Shown: positions 38,801 to 51,955 of the stretch, piece by piece
Layout of the letters: each line of letters starts with the position of its first letter
Position numbering within the stretch: the first letter of the stretch is position 1
Assembly: GCF_006345805.1 (NCBI RefSeq)
Contig: NC_042998.1
Location: 3,100,001 to 3,164,000, forward strand
Direction: 5' to 3'
DNA from: Octopus sinensis
Lineage: Eukaryota
DNA: 64,000 bases
Made by a program: the position numbers and the translations under genes
The notes under the pieces: generated by a model
Databases searched by the model: none
What the model was told of the DNA's origin: nothing
Seen by the model: the letters and a program-made list of their open reading frames with translations, nothing else

Positions 38801-41800
38801 AACGGCAGTTTTCAACGTCAACACACGGGTCAGTAGATAAGTTAGAGTATACGAGAGTATACGGTAGTGTGTTATACCGAGGGCTTGTGACGCAATGGAT
38901 AACGCGTCTGACTACGGATCAGAAGATTCCAGGTTCGAATCCTGGCAAGCTCGTATTCGTTTTATATCTCATGAAGTTGGGGTAGTGAATATTTTGGATG
39001 TTTTTCCTTTTGAACGGCAGTTTTCAACGTCAACAACACGGGTCAGTAGATAAGTTAGAGTATACGGAGTAACCGTTGTTATACCGAGGGCTTGTGGCGC
39101 AATGGATAACGCGTCTGACTACGGATCAGAAGATTCCAGGTTCGAATCCTGGCAAGCTCGTAATCGTTTTATATCTCATGAAGTTGGGGTAGTGAATATT
39201 TTGGTTCTTTTTCCTTTTGAACGGCAGTTTTCAACGTCAACAACACGGGTCAGTAGATAAGTTAGAGTATACGGAGTAACCGTTGTTATACCGAGGGCTT
39301 GTGGCGCAATGGATAACGCGTCTGACTACGGATCAGAAGATTCCAGGTTCGAATCCTGGCAAGCTCGTATTCGTTTTATATCTCATGAAGTTGGGGTAGT
39401 GAATATTTTGGTTTTTTCCTTTTGAACGGCAGTTTCAACGTCAACAACAGGGTCAGTAGATAAGTTAGAGTATACGGAGTAACCGTTGTTATACCGAGGG
39501 CTTGTGGGGCAATGGATAACGCGTCTGACTACGGATCAGAAGATTCCAGGTTCGAATCCTGGCAAGCTCGTAATCGTTTTATATCTCATGAAGTTGGGGT
39601 AGTGAATATTTTTGATCTTTTCCTTTTGAACGGCAGTTTTCAACGTCAACAACACGGGTCAGTAGATAAGTTAGAGTATACGGAGTAACCGTTGTTATAC
39701 CGAGGGCTTGTGGCGCAATGGATAACGCGTCTGACTACGGATCAGAAGATTCCAGGTTCGAATCCTGGCAAGTTCGTAATCGTTTTATATCTCATGAAGT
39801 TGGGGTAGTGAATATTTTGGTTCTTTTTCCTTTTGAACAGCAGTTTTCAACGTCAACAACACGGGTCAGTAGCTAAGTTAGAGTATAAGGAGTAACCGTT
39901 GTTATACCGAGGGCTTGTGGCGCAATGGATAACGCGTCTGACTACGGATCAGAAGATTCCAGGTTCGAATCCTGGCAAGCTCGTAATCGTTTTATATCTC
40001 ATGAAGTTGGGGTAGTGAATATTTTGGTTCTTTTTCCTTTTGAACGGCAGTTTTCAACGTCAACAACACGGGTCAGTAGATAAGTTAGAGTATACGGAGT
40101 AACCGTTGTTATACCGAGGGCTTGTGGCGCAATGGATAACGCGTCTGACTACGGATCAGAAGATTCCAGGTTCGAATCCTGGCAAGCTCGTATTCGTTTT
40201 ATATCTCATGAAGTTGGGGTAGTGAATATTTTGGTTCTTTTTCCTTTTGAACGGCAGTTTTCAACGTCAACAACACGGGTCAGTAGATAAGTTAGAGTAT
40301 ACGGAGTAACCGTTGTTATACCGAGGGCTTGTGGGGCAATGGATAACGCGTCTGACTACGGATCAGAAGATTCCAGGTTCGAATCCTGGCAAGCTCGTAT
40401 TCGTTTTATATCTCATGAAGTTGGGGTAGTGAATATTTTGGTTCTTTTCCTTTTGAACGGCAGTTTTCAACGTCAACAACACGGGTCAGTAGATAAGTTA
40501 GAGTATACGGAGTAACCGTTGTTATACCGAGGGCTTGTGGCGCAATGGATAACGCGTCTGACTACGGATCAGAAGATTCCAGGTTCGAATCCTGGCAAGC
40601 TCGTAATCGTTTTATATCTCATGAAGTTGGGGTAGTGAATATTTTGGTTCTTTTCCTTTGAACGGCAGTTTTCAACGTCAACAACACGGGTCAGTAGATA
40701 AGTTAGAGTATACGGAGTAACCGTTGTTATACCGAGGGCTTGTGACGCAATGGATAACGCGTCTGACTACGGATCAGAAGATTCCAGGTTCGAATCCTGG
40801 CAAGCTCGTATTCGTTTTATATCTCATGAAGTTGGGGTAGTGAATATTTTGGATGTTTTTCCTTTTGAACGGCAGTTTTCAACGTCAACAACAAGGGTCA
40901 GTAGATAAGTTAGAGTATACGGAGTAACCGTTGTTATACCGAGGGCTTGTGGCGCAATGGATAACGCGTCTGACTACGGATCAGAAGATTCCAGGTTCGA
41001 ATCCTGGCAAGTTCGTAATCGTTTTATATCTCATGAAGTTGGGGTAGTGAATATTTTGGATCTTTTCCTTTTGAACGGCAGTTTTCAACGTCAACAACAC
41101 GGGTCAGTAGATAAGTTAGAGTATACGGAGTAACCGTTGTTATACCGAGGGCTTGTGGCGCAATGGATAACGCGTCTGACTACGGATCAGAAGATTCCAG
41201 GTTCGAATCCTGGCAAGCTCGTATTCGTTTTATATCTCATGAAGTTGGGGTAGTGAATATTTTGGTTCTTTTTCCTTTTGAACGGCAGTTTTCAACGTCA
41301 ACAACACGGGTCAGTAGATAAGTTAGAGTATACGGAGTAACCGTTGTTATACCGAGGGCTTGTGGCGCAATGGATAACGCGTCTGACTACGGATCAGAAG
41401 ATTCCAGGTTCGAATCCTGGCAAGCTCGTATTCGTTTTATATCTCATGAAGTTGGGGTAGTGAATATTTTGGTTCTTTTTCCTTTTGAACGGCAGTTTTC
41501 AACGTCAACAACACGGGTCAGTAGATAAGTTAGAGTATACGGAGTAACCGTTGTTATACCGAGGGCTTGTGGCGCAATGGATAACGCGTCTGACTACGGA
41601 TCAGAAGATTCCAGGTTCGAATCCTGGCAAGCTCGTAATCGTTTTATATCTCATGAAGTTGGGGTGGGTAGTGAATATTTTGGATATTTTCCTTTTGAAC
41701 GGCAGTTTTCAACGTCAACAACACGGGTCAGTAGATAAGTTAGAGTATACGGAGTAACCGGTGTTATACCGAGGGCTTGTGGAGCAATGGATAACGCGTC

Positions 41801-44800
41801 TGACTACGGATCAGAAGATTCCAGATTCGAATCCTGGCAAGCTCGTATTCGTTTTATATCTCATGAAGTTGGGGTGGGTAGTGAATATTTTGATCTTTTC
41901 CTTTTGAACGGCAGCAGTTTTCAACGTCAACAACATGGGTCAGTAGATAAGTTAGAGTATACGGAGTAACCGTTGTTGTACCGAGGGCTTGTGACGCAAT
42001 GGATAACGCGTCTGACTACGGATCAGAAGATTCCAGGTTCGAATCCTGGCAAGCTCGTATTCGTTTTATATCTCATGAATTTGGGGTTGTGAATATTTTG
42101 GATGTTTTTCCTTTTGAACGGCAGTTTTCAACGTCAACAACACGGGTCAGTAGATAAGCTAGAGTATAAGGAGTAACCGTTGTTATACCGAGGACTTGTG
42201 GCGCAATGGATTCCAGGTTCGAACACTGGGGAAATCGGATGCATCTTATTTCAGAAACATGGTGGAGATTGGTGCTAATGATATTTTTGTTGGTGAATAT
42301 CTGAAGATAATGTAACCAAGTGTGTGCACGAGTGAATGTTTGTGTGTGTGTGTGTCTGTGTCTGTGTGTGTGTGTTTGGGTGTCCGTGTTTGTGAGTGAC
42401 CGCAGGTGTGTCAGTATCTTTGTCTACAACAGGTGTTAGGCAGTAAAGACATTAGGAGATAAGTAGGAACGTTTGGTAAACGTAGGGCTTGTGGCGCAAT
42501 GGATAACGCGTCTGACTACGGATCAGAAGATTCCAGGTTCGAATCCTGGCAAGCTCGTAATCGTTTTATATCTCATGAAGTTGGGGTAGTGAATATTTTG
42601 GATCTTTTCCTTTTGAACGGCAGTTTTCAGCGTCAACAACACGGGTCAGTAGATAAGTTAGAGTATACGGAGTAACCGTTGTTATACCGAGGGCTTGTGG
42701 CGCAATGGATAACGCGTCTGACTACGCATCAGAAGATTCCAGGTTCGAATCCTGGCAAGCTCGTAATCGTTTTATATCTCATGAAGTTGGGGTAGTGAAT
42801 ATTTTGGATGTTTTTCCTTTTGAACGGCAGTCTTCAACGTCAACAACATGGGTCAGTAGATAAGTTAGAGTATACGGAGTAACCGTTGTTATACTGAGGG
42901 CTTGTGGCGCAATGGATAACGCGTCTGACTACGGATCAGAAGATTCCAGGTTCGAATCCTGGCAAGCTCGTAATCGTTTTATATCTCATGAAGTTGGGGT
43001 AGTGAATATTTTGGATATTTTCCTTTTGAACGGCAGTTTTCAACGTCAACAACACGGGTCAGTAGATAAGTTAGAGTATACGGAGTAACCGTTGTTATAC
43101 CGAGGGCTTGTGGAGCAATGGATAACGCGTCTGACTACGGATCAGAAGATTCCAGATTCGAATCCTGGCAAGCTCGTATTCGTTTTATATCTCATGAAGT
43201 TGGGGTAGTGAATATTTTGGATGTTTTTCCTTTTGAACGGCAGTCTTCAACGTCAACAACATGGGTCAGTAGATAAGTTAGAGTATACGGAGTAACCGTT
43301 GTTGTACCGAGGGCTTGTGACGCAATGGATAACGCGTCTGACTACGGATCAGAAGATTCCAGGTTCGAATCCTGGCAAGCTCGTATTCGTTTTATATCTC
43401 ATGAATTTGGGGTTGTGAATATTTTGGATGTTTTTCCTTTTGAACGGCAGTTTTCAACGTCAACAACACGGGTCAGTAGATAAGCTAGAGTATAAGGAGT
43501 AACCGTTGTTATACCGAGGACTTGTGGCGCAATGGATTCCAGGTTCGAACACTGGGGAAATCGGATGCATCTTTTCAGAAACATGGTGGAGATTGGTGCT
43601 AATGATATTTGTTGGTGAATATCTGAAGATAATGTAACCAAGTGTGTGCACGAGTGAATGTTTGTGTGTGTGTGTGTCTGTGTCTGTGTGTGTGGTTTGG
43701 GTGTCCGTGTTTGTGAGTGACCGCAGGTGTGTCAGTATCTTTGTCTACAACAGGTGTTAGGCAGTAAAGACATTAGGAGATAAGTAGGAACGTTTGGTAA
43801 ACGTAGGGCTTGTGGCGCAATGGATAACGCGTCTGACTACGGATCAGAAGATTCCAGGTTCGAATCCTGGCAAGCTCGTAATCGTTTTATATCTCATGAA
43901 GTTGGGGTAGTGAATATTTTGGATCTTTTCCCTTGTGAACGGCAGTTTTCAACGTCAACAACACGGGTCAGTAGATAAGTTAGAGTATACGGAGTAACCG
44001 TTGTTATACCGAGGCTTGTGGTGCAATGGATAACGCGTCTGACTACGGATCAGAAGATTCCAGGTTCGAATCCTGGCAAGCTCGTAATCGTTTTATATCT
44101 CATGAAGTTGGGGTAGTGAATATTTTGGATCTTTTCCTTTTGAACGGCAGTTTTCAACGTCAACAACACGGGTCAGTAGATAAGTTAGAGTATACGGAGT
44201 AACCGTTGTTATACCGAGGGCTTGTGGAGCAATGGATAACGCGTCTGACTACGGATCAGAAGATTCCAGGTTCGAATCCTGGCAAGTTCGTAATCGTTTT
44301 ATATCTCATGAAGTTGGGGTAGTGAATATTTTGGATCTTTTCCTTTTGAACGGCAGTTTTCAACGTCAACAACAAGGGTCAGTAGATAAGTTAGAGTATA
44401 CGGAGTAACCGTTGTTATACCGAGGGCTTGTGGCGCAATGGATAACGCGTCTGACTACGGATCAGAAGATTCCAGGTTCGAATCCTGGCAAGCTCGTATT
44501 CGTTTTATATCTCATGAAGTTGGGGTAGTGAATATTTTGGATCTTTTCCTTTTGAACGGCAGTTTTCAACGTCAACAACACGGGTCAGTAGATAAGTTAG
44601 AGTATACGGAGTAACCGTTGTTATACCGAGGGCTTGTGGGGCAATGGATAACGCGTCTGACTACGGATCAGAAGATTCCAGGTTCGAATCCTGGCAAGCT
44701 CGTAATCGTTTTATATCTCATGAAGTTGGGTAGTGAATATTTTGGATCTTTTCCTTTTGAACGGCAGTTTTCAACGTCAACAACTGGGTCAGTAGATAAG

Positions 44801-47800
44801 TTAGAGTATACGGAGTAACCGTTGTTATACCGAGGGCTTGTGGGGCAATGGATAACGCGTCTGACTACGGATCAGTAGATTCCAGGTTCGAATCCTGGCA
44901 AGCTCGTAATCGTTTTATATCTCATGAAGTTGGGGTAGTGAATATTTTGGATCTGTTCCCTTGTGAACGGCAGTTTTCAACGTCAACAACACGGGTCAGT
45001 AGATAAGTTAGAGTATACGGAGTAACCATTGTTATACCGAGGGCTTGTGGTGCAATGGATAACGCGTCTGACTACGGATCAGAAGATTCCAGGTTCGAAT
45101 CCTGGCAAGCTCGTAATCGTTTTATATCTCATGAAGTTGGGGTAGTGAATATTTTGGATCTTTTCCTTTTGAACGGCAGTTTTCAACGTCAACAACACGG
45201 GTCAGTAGATAAGTTAGAGTATACGGAGTAACCGTTGTTATACCGAGGGCTTGTGGCGCAATGGATAACGCGTCTGACTACGGATCAGAAGATTCCAGGT
45301 TCGAATCCTGGCAAGCTCGTAATCGTTTTATATCTCATGAAGTTGGGGTAGTGAATATTTTGGATCTTTTTCTTTGAACGGCTTGTTTCAACGTCAACAA
45401 CAAGGGTCAGTAGATAAGTTAGAGTATACGGAGTAACCGTTGTTATACCGAGGGCTTGTGGCACAATGGATAACGCGTCTGACTACGGATCAGAAGATTC
45501 CAGGTTCGAATCCTGGCAAGCTCGTATTCGTTTTATATCTCATGAAGTTGGGGTAGTGAATATTTTGGATATTTTCCTTTTGAACGGCAGTTTTCAACGT
45601 CAACAACACGGTCAGTAGATAAGTTAGAGTATACGGAGTAACCGTTGTTATACCGAGGGCTTGTGGCGCAATGGATAACGCGTCTGACTACGGATCAGAA
45701 GATTCCAGGTTCGAATCCTGGCAAGCTCGTATTCGTTTTATATCTCATGAAGTTGGGGTAGTGAATATTTTGGCGTTTTCCTTTTGAACGGCAGTTTTCA
45801 ACGTCAACAACATGGGTCAGTAGATAAGTTAGAGTATACGGAGTAACCGTTGTTATACCGAGGGCTTGTGGCGCAATGATAACGCGTCTGACTACGGATT
45901 AGAAGATTCCAGGTTCGAATCCTGGCAAGCTCGTATTCGTTTTATATCTCATGAAGTTGGGGTAGTGAATATTTTGGATATCTTCCTTTTAACGGCAGTT
46001 TTCAACGTCAACAACACGGTCAGCAGATAAGTTAGAGTATACGGAGTAACCGTTGTTATACCGAGGGCTTGTGGCGCAATGGATAACGCGTCTGACTACG
46101 GATCAGAAGATTCCAGGTTCGAATCCTGGCAAGCTCGTAATCATTTTATATCTCATGAAGTTGGGGTAGTGAATATTTTGGACGTTTTTCCTTTTGAACG
46201 GCAGTCTTCAACGTCAACAACATGGGTCAGTAGATAAGTTAGAGTATACGGAGTAACCGTTGTTGTACCGAGGGCTTGTGATGCAATGGATAACGCGTCT
46301 GACTACGGATCAGAAGATTCCAGGTTCGAATCCTGGCAAGCTCGTATTCGTTTTATATCTCATGAAGTTGGGGTAGTGAATATTTTGGATGTTTTTCCCT
46401 TTGAACGGCAGTTTTCAACGTCAACAACACGGGTCAGTAGATAAGCTAGAGTATACGGAGTAACCGTTGTTATACCGAGGGCTTGTGGCGCAATGGATTC
46501 CAGGTTCGAACCCTGGGGAAATCGGATGCATCTTATTTCAGAAACATGGTGGAGATTGGTGCTAATGATATTTTTGTTGGTGAATATCTGAAGATAATGT
46601 AACCAAGTGTGTGCACGAGTGTATGTTTGTTTGTGTGTGTGTGTGTGTCTGTGTCTGTGTGTGTGTGTTTGGGTGTCCGTGTCTGTGAGTGACCGCAGGT
46701 GTGTCAGTATCTTTTTCTACAACAGGTGTTAGGCAGTAAAGACATTAAGAGATAAGTAGGAACGCTTGGTAAACGTAGGGCTTGTGGCGCAATGGATAAC
46801 GCGTCTGACTACGGATCAGAAGATTCCAGGTTCGAATCCTGGCAAGCTCGTATTCGTTTTATATCTCATGAAGTTGGGGTAGTGAATATTTTGGATATTT
46901 TCCTTTTGAACGGCAGTTTTCAACGTCAACAACACGGGTCAGTAGATAAGTTAGAGTATACGGAGTAACCGTTGTTATACCGAGGGCTTGTGGCGCAATG
47001 GATAACGCGTCTGACTACGGATCAGAAGATTCCAGGTTCGAATCCTGGCAAGCTCGCATTCGTTTTATATCTCATGAAGTTGGGGTAGTGAATATTTTGG
47101 ACGTTTTTCCTTTTGAACGGCAGTTTTCAACGTCAACAACATGGGTCAGTAGATAAGTTAGAGTATACGGAGTAACCGTTGTTATACCGAGGGCTTGTGG
47201 CGCAATGCATAACGCGTCTGACTACGGATTAGAAGATTCCAGGTTCGAATCCTGGCAAGCTCGTATTCGTTTTATATCTCATGAAGTTGGGGTAGTGAAT
47301 ATTTTGGATATCTTCCTTTTGAACGGCAGTTTTCAACGTCAACAACACGGGTCAGTAGATAAGTTAGAGTATACGGAGTAACCGTTGTTATACCGAGGGC
47401 TTGTGGCGCAATGGATAACGCGTCTGACTACGGATCAGAAGATTCCAGGTTCGAATCCTGGCAAGCTCGTAATCATTTTATATCTCATGAAGTTGGGGTA
47501 GTGAATATTTTGGACGTTTTTCCTTTTGAACGGCAGTCTTCAACGTCAACAACATGGGTCAGTAGATAAGTTAGAGTATACGGGGTAACCGGTGTTATAC
47601 CGAGGCTTGTGATGCAATGGATAACGCGTCTGACTACGGATCAGAAGATTCCAGGTTCGAATCCTGGCAAGCTCGTATTCGTTTTATATCTCATGAAGTT
47701 GGGGTAGTGAATATTTTGGATGTTTTTCCCTTTGAACGGCAGTTTTCAACGTCAACAACACGGGTCAGTAGATAAGCTAGAGTATACGGAGTAACCGTTG

Positions 47801-49500
47801 TTATACCGAGGGCTTGTGGCGCAATGGATTCCCCTGTTCGAACCCTGGGGAATCGGATGCATCTTATTTCAGAAACATGGTGGAGATTGTGCTAATGATA
47901 TTTTTGTTGGTGAATATCTGAAGATAATGTAACCAAGTGTGTGCACGAGTGTATGTTTGTTTGTGTGGTGTGTGTGTGTCTGTGTCTGTGTTTGTGTGTT
48001 TTTGGTGTCGTGTCTGTGAGTGACCGCAGGTGTGTCAGTATCTTTTTCTACAACAGGTGTTAGGCAGTAAGGACATTAAGAGATAAGTAGGAACGCTTGG
48101 TAAACGTAGGGCTTGTGGCGCAATGGATAACGCGTCTGACTACGGATCAGAAGATTCCAGGTTCGAATCCTGGCAAGCTCGTATTCGTTTTATATCTCAT
48201 GAGTTGGGGTAGTGAATATTTTGGATATTTTCCTTTTGAACGGCAGTTTTCAACGTCAACAACACGGGTCAGTAGATAAGTTAGAGTATACGGAGTAACC
48301 GTTGTTATACCGAGGGCTTGTGGCGCAATGGATAACGCGTCTGACTACGGATCAGAAGATTCCAGGTTCGAATCTGGCAAGCTCGCATTCGTTTTATATC
48401 TCATGAAGTTGGGGTAGTGAATATTTTGGACGTTTTTCCTTTTGAACGGCAGTTTTGAACGTCAACAACATGGGTCAGTAGATAAGTTAGAGTATACGGA
48501 GTAACCGTTGTTATACCGAGGGCTTGTGGGGCAATGCATAACGCGTCTGACTACGGATTAGAAGATTCCAGGTTCGAATCCTGGCAAGCTCGTATTCGTT
48601 TTATATCTCATGAAGTTGGGGTAGTGAATATTTTGGATATCTTCCTTTTGAACGGCAGTTTCCAACGTCAACAACACGGTCATAGAGAAGTTAGAGTATA
48701 CGGAGTAACCGTTGTTATACCGAGGGCTTGTGGCGCAATGGATAACGCGTCTGACTACGGATCAGAAGATTCCAGGTTCGAATCCTGGCAAGCTCGTAAT
48801 CATTTTATATCTCATGAAGTTGGGGTAGTGAATATTTTGGACGTTTTTCCTTTTGAACGGCAGTCTTCAACGTCAACAACATGGTCGTAGATAATTTAGA
48901 GTATACGCGGGTAACCGTTGTTGTACCGAGGGCTTGTGATGCAAGGATAGCGTCTACTGACTACGGATCAGAAGATTCCAGGTTCGAATCCTGGCAAGCT
49001 CGTATTCGTTTTATATATCTCATGAAGTTGGGGTAGTGAATATTTTGGATGTTTTTCCCTTTGAACGGCAGTTTTCAACGTCAACAACACGGGTCAGTAG
49101 ATAAGCTAGAGTATACGGAGTAACCGTTGTTATACCGAGGGCTTGTGGCGCAATGGATTCCAGGTTCGAACCTGGGAAATCGGATGCATCTATTTCAGAA
49201 CATGGTGGATTGGTGCTAATGATATTTGTGGTGAATATCTGAAGATAATGTACCAAGTGTGTGCACGAGTGTATGTTTTTGTTTGTGTGTGTGTGTTGTC
49301 TGTGTCTGTGTGTGTGTGTTTGGGTGTCCGTGTCTGTGAGTGACCGCAGGTGTGTCAGTATCTTTTTCGACAACAGGTGTTGGCAGTAAAGACATTAGGA
49401 GATAAGTAGGAACGTTTGGTAAACGTAGGGCTTGTGGCGCAATGGATAACGCGTCTGACTACGGATCAGAAGATTCCAGGTTCGAATCCTGGCAAGCTCG
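29891..49500 (+). tRNA. tRNA-Arg-ACG: Head-to-tail tandem array of tRNA-Arg(ACG) genes, ~206-bp monomer, about 93 units (~87 full-length)
   Basis: tRNA starts at 29891, 30097, 30302, 30510, 30715, 30921 ... 49428. Monomer = tRNA 73 + trailer 42 with TTTT terminator + TIR-like 28 + 5' flank 63. Confidence 0.95.
34427..34722 (+). pseudogene. Array-interrupting module: tRNA with 27-nt deletion plus ~250-bp old-type spacer; repeated at 42192, 43518, 46479, 47810 and 49139
   Basis: GCAATGGAT|TCCAGGTTCGAA junction (GAT microhomology) removes the anticodon arm; the spacer is homologous to 50240-50381. Confidence 0.9.
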
Positions 49501-49961
49501 TAATCGTTTTATATCTCGGGAAGTGAATATTTTTATGATGTGGAATTTATACATCTGGTGATTATATGCATGTACTTATATATTTTTGAGTGAGTATCAG
49601 CAACTGTGCATATCTGTGTTGTTGACAGTAAATAATAATTGGCAGAAAGATGAGTGTGTAAGTAGTAACTCCCAACAGAGCAATGCATTACACGTTTTCG
49701 TACAGGTCAGAAGATTCCGGGTTCGAATCCTGATATGTTCATATTCATTTTATTTTGAAAACATTTGGTACGTTGTACTAATGATTATTTTAGATGATGT
49801 ATTTCAGAAATGAAAGCATGTCAGGTTAATATATAGATCTATATATTAACCGCATGCCATCAAGATTATACGTGTGCACGTATATTCGTGCGAGCCTTCA
49901 CGCGCATGTTTGCCTTTCTCTGGCAGGCAATGAAAGTAAAAGAATTCCTTCATAAGCATCA

Positions 49962-50171
49962 TCGTTCGTGCGTTTGTACTGGTTTTAGCTTTAAGGTTTT
50001 AGGGTTTTAGGGTTAGTGTTAGGGCTTTAGGATTAGGGTTAAGGTTTTAGGGTTAGGATTAAGGTTTTAGGGTTAGGGTTGTCATAAATAACAGTGACAA
50101 ACGAAATATACACGGCCGATAGTTGTTGTTGACAAACAATGGCAGTAATTTTATTCAGCTGAATACACGTC
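49962..50171 (+). repeat. ~210-bp insertion with a degenerate (TTAGGG)n tract (49981-50080) and palindrome TATTCAGCTGAATA (50152-50165)
   Basis: Interrupts the spacer motif CATAAGCATCA...ACTATGCGA that is uninterrupted near 50870. Confidence 0.65.
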
Positions 50172-50381
50172 ATACTAATGACTATGCGAAACCCTAATTA
50201 CGTCTAATTACGGAGCAGAAGATTCTGTGTGCGAGCTCTGGCAAAACAGGGCGCCTTTGACGAGTGTGTGTGTTTGGTTGTCCGTGTCTGTGAGTGCTCG
50301 CATGTGTGTCTGTATCTTTGTCTACAACAAGAGTTAGGCAGTAAAGAAATTAGGAATAAGTAGGAATGCTTGTTAAGCGTA

Positions 50382-50454
50382 GGGCTTGTGGCGCAATGGA
50401 TAACGCGTCTGACTACGGATCAGAAGATTCCAGGTTCGAATCCTGGTGAGCTCG
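50382..50454 (+). tRNA. tRNA-Arg-ACG: tRNA-Arg(ACG), acceptor-stem wobble variant
   Basis: 3' end TGAGCTCG gives G7-U66 and U6-G67. Confidence 0.85.
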
Positions 50455-51467
50455 TAATAATTTTATCTCTGAAAGCTGGGGTAGTGAATGTTTTCTATGA
50501 TGTATATCTGAAATTTATGCATCTAATGATTGTATGTATGCATGTATATGTTTCTGAGTCTGTGTCAGCGCGTGTTCATATCTGTGTTGATGACAATGAA
50601 TAAGAGTTAGCAAATAGATTACAGCGTGATTACTAACTGCCGATATATATTACAGGTTTTTTGTATGGGTCAGAAGATTCCGGTTTCGAATCCTGACATG
50701 TCCACATTAATTTTATTTTAAAAACATTTGGGTACGTAGTTCTTTTAGACGATGCATTTCAGAAATGAAAGCATATATTCATGATTATACGTGTGCACGT
50801 ATATTTGTGCGAGCCTTCACGCGCGTGTTTGCCTGTCTTTAACAGGCAATGAAAGTAAAAGAATTCCTTCATAAGCATCAACTACTCACTATGCGAGACC
50901 CTGGGGCACTATGCATAACGCGTCTAAATTATGCAATCATTAGCGTGTATTGTGTACGACGCAATGGATTACGTCTCTGACTACTCATCAAAAAATGCGA
51001 AGTTCGAATCGTAGGAAGCTCGTATACATTTTATTACGGTAATATTTTAGGGCAAAGTTGTGCTAATAAATATTTTAGATGATACATTTCAGAAATCAAA
51101 GCTATTCGAGCACAGGTACAATCTTTGACAGTCACAGCCACTGACTACCTGAGCTTCCATGACACAACGGACAACGCGCCTGATTACGAGAGAGAAGATT
51201 CCAGAATCTAATCCTGGAAAAATCCTTGTTTTATTTCAGAAGCATCTGGGAAAGTGGTGTCAATAAGTTTTATGTTGATATATTTCAGAAATTTATATAA
51301 TCGCGTGTGAGTGTGCGTGTGTGTGTGCGTGCGTGCGTGCGAGAGTGTGTGTGTGTGTGTGTGAGTGAGTTCGCTCGCATGCAGGTGTGTCTGTTTCTTA
51401 GTATGTCAACAGCAGGAGTTAGTCAATAAAGAAATTAGAATATACCTAGCGATTGAATATCTAATGA

Positions 51468-51540
51468 GGGCTTGTGGCGCAATGGATAACGCGTCTGACT
51501 ACGGATCAGAAGATTCCAGGTTCGAATCCTGGCAAGCTCG
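51468..51540 (+). tRNA. tRNA-Arg-ACG: tRNA-Arg(ACG), intact
   Basis: Identical to the consensus. Confidence 0.95.
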
Positions 51541-51955
51541 TAATCGTTTTATTTCAGTAACATTTGGAGGAAAGTCGTGCTAATGAATATTTTACACTAT
51601 ACATTTTAAAAATTAAAGCATGTATGCATGATTATATGTATGCACGTTAATTGTTTGTATGTTCGTCAGCGCGCGCACATCTTATTGATGTATTTCAGAA
51701 ATTCATATAATTATGTGTTCGCGTGTGTGTGTCCGTCCGTGTGTGAGTGTGCGCGTACGTGCGTGCACGCAATGGTGTCGCTTCCTTTGTTTGTGCACAA
51801 CAGGACTTAGTAACTAAGTAGGGTCGATTATTATCAGTGGGGATTGTGGCAAAATTGATAACATATCAGAAGATTCCAGGTTCGAATCCTGGCAAGCTCG
51901 TATTCAATTTATTTCAGAAACATTTTGTTGAGAAGGTAGTGCTGATAAATATTTT

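Noticed and set aside
34800-38900. Burst of small indels and local duplications in array units (also 47800-49400)
   Set aside because: Homopolymer-type indels look like low-quality long-read consensus; not treated as biology.
34308-49373. Repeated short ORFs MLYRGLVAQWITRLTTDQKIPGSNPGK / MDNASDYGSEDSRFESWQ
   Set aside because: Read-through of the tRNA gene in different frames; they open and close with random indels.
29891-49500. CRISPR-like appearance of the regular array
   Set aside because: Spacers are near-identical rather than unique, the repeat is a tRNA gene, the context is eukaryotic, and there are no cas genes.
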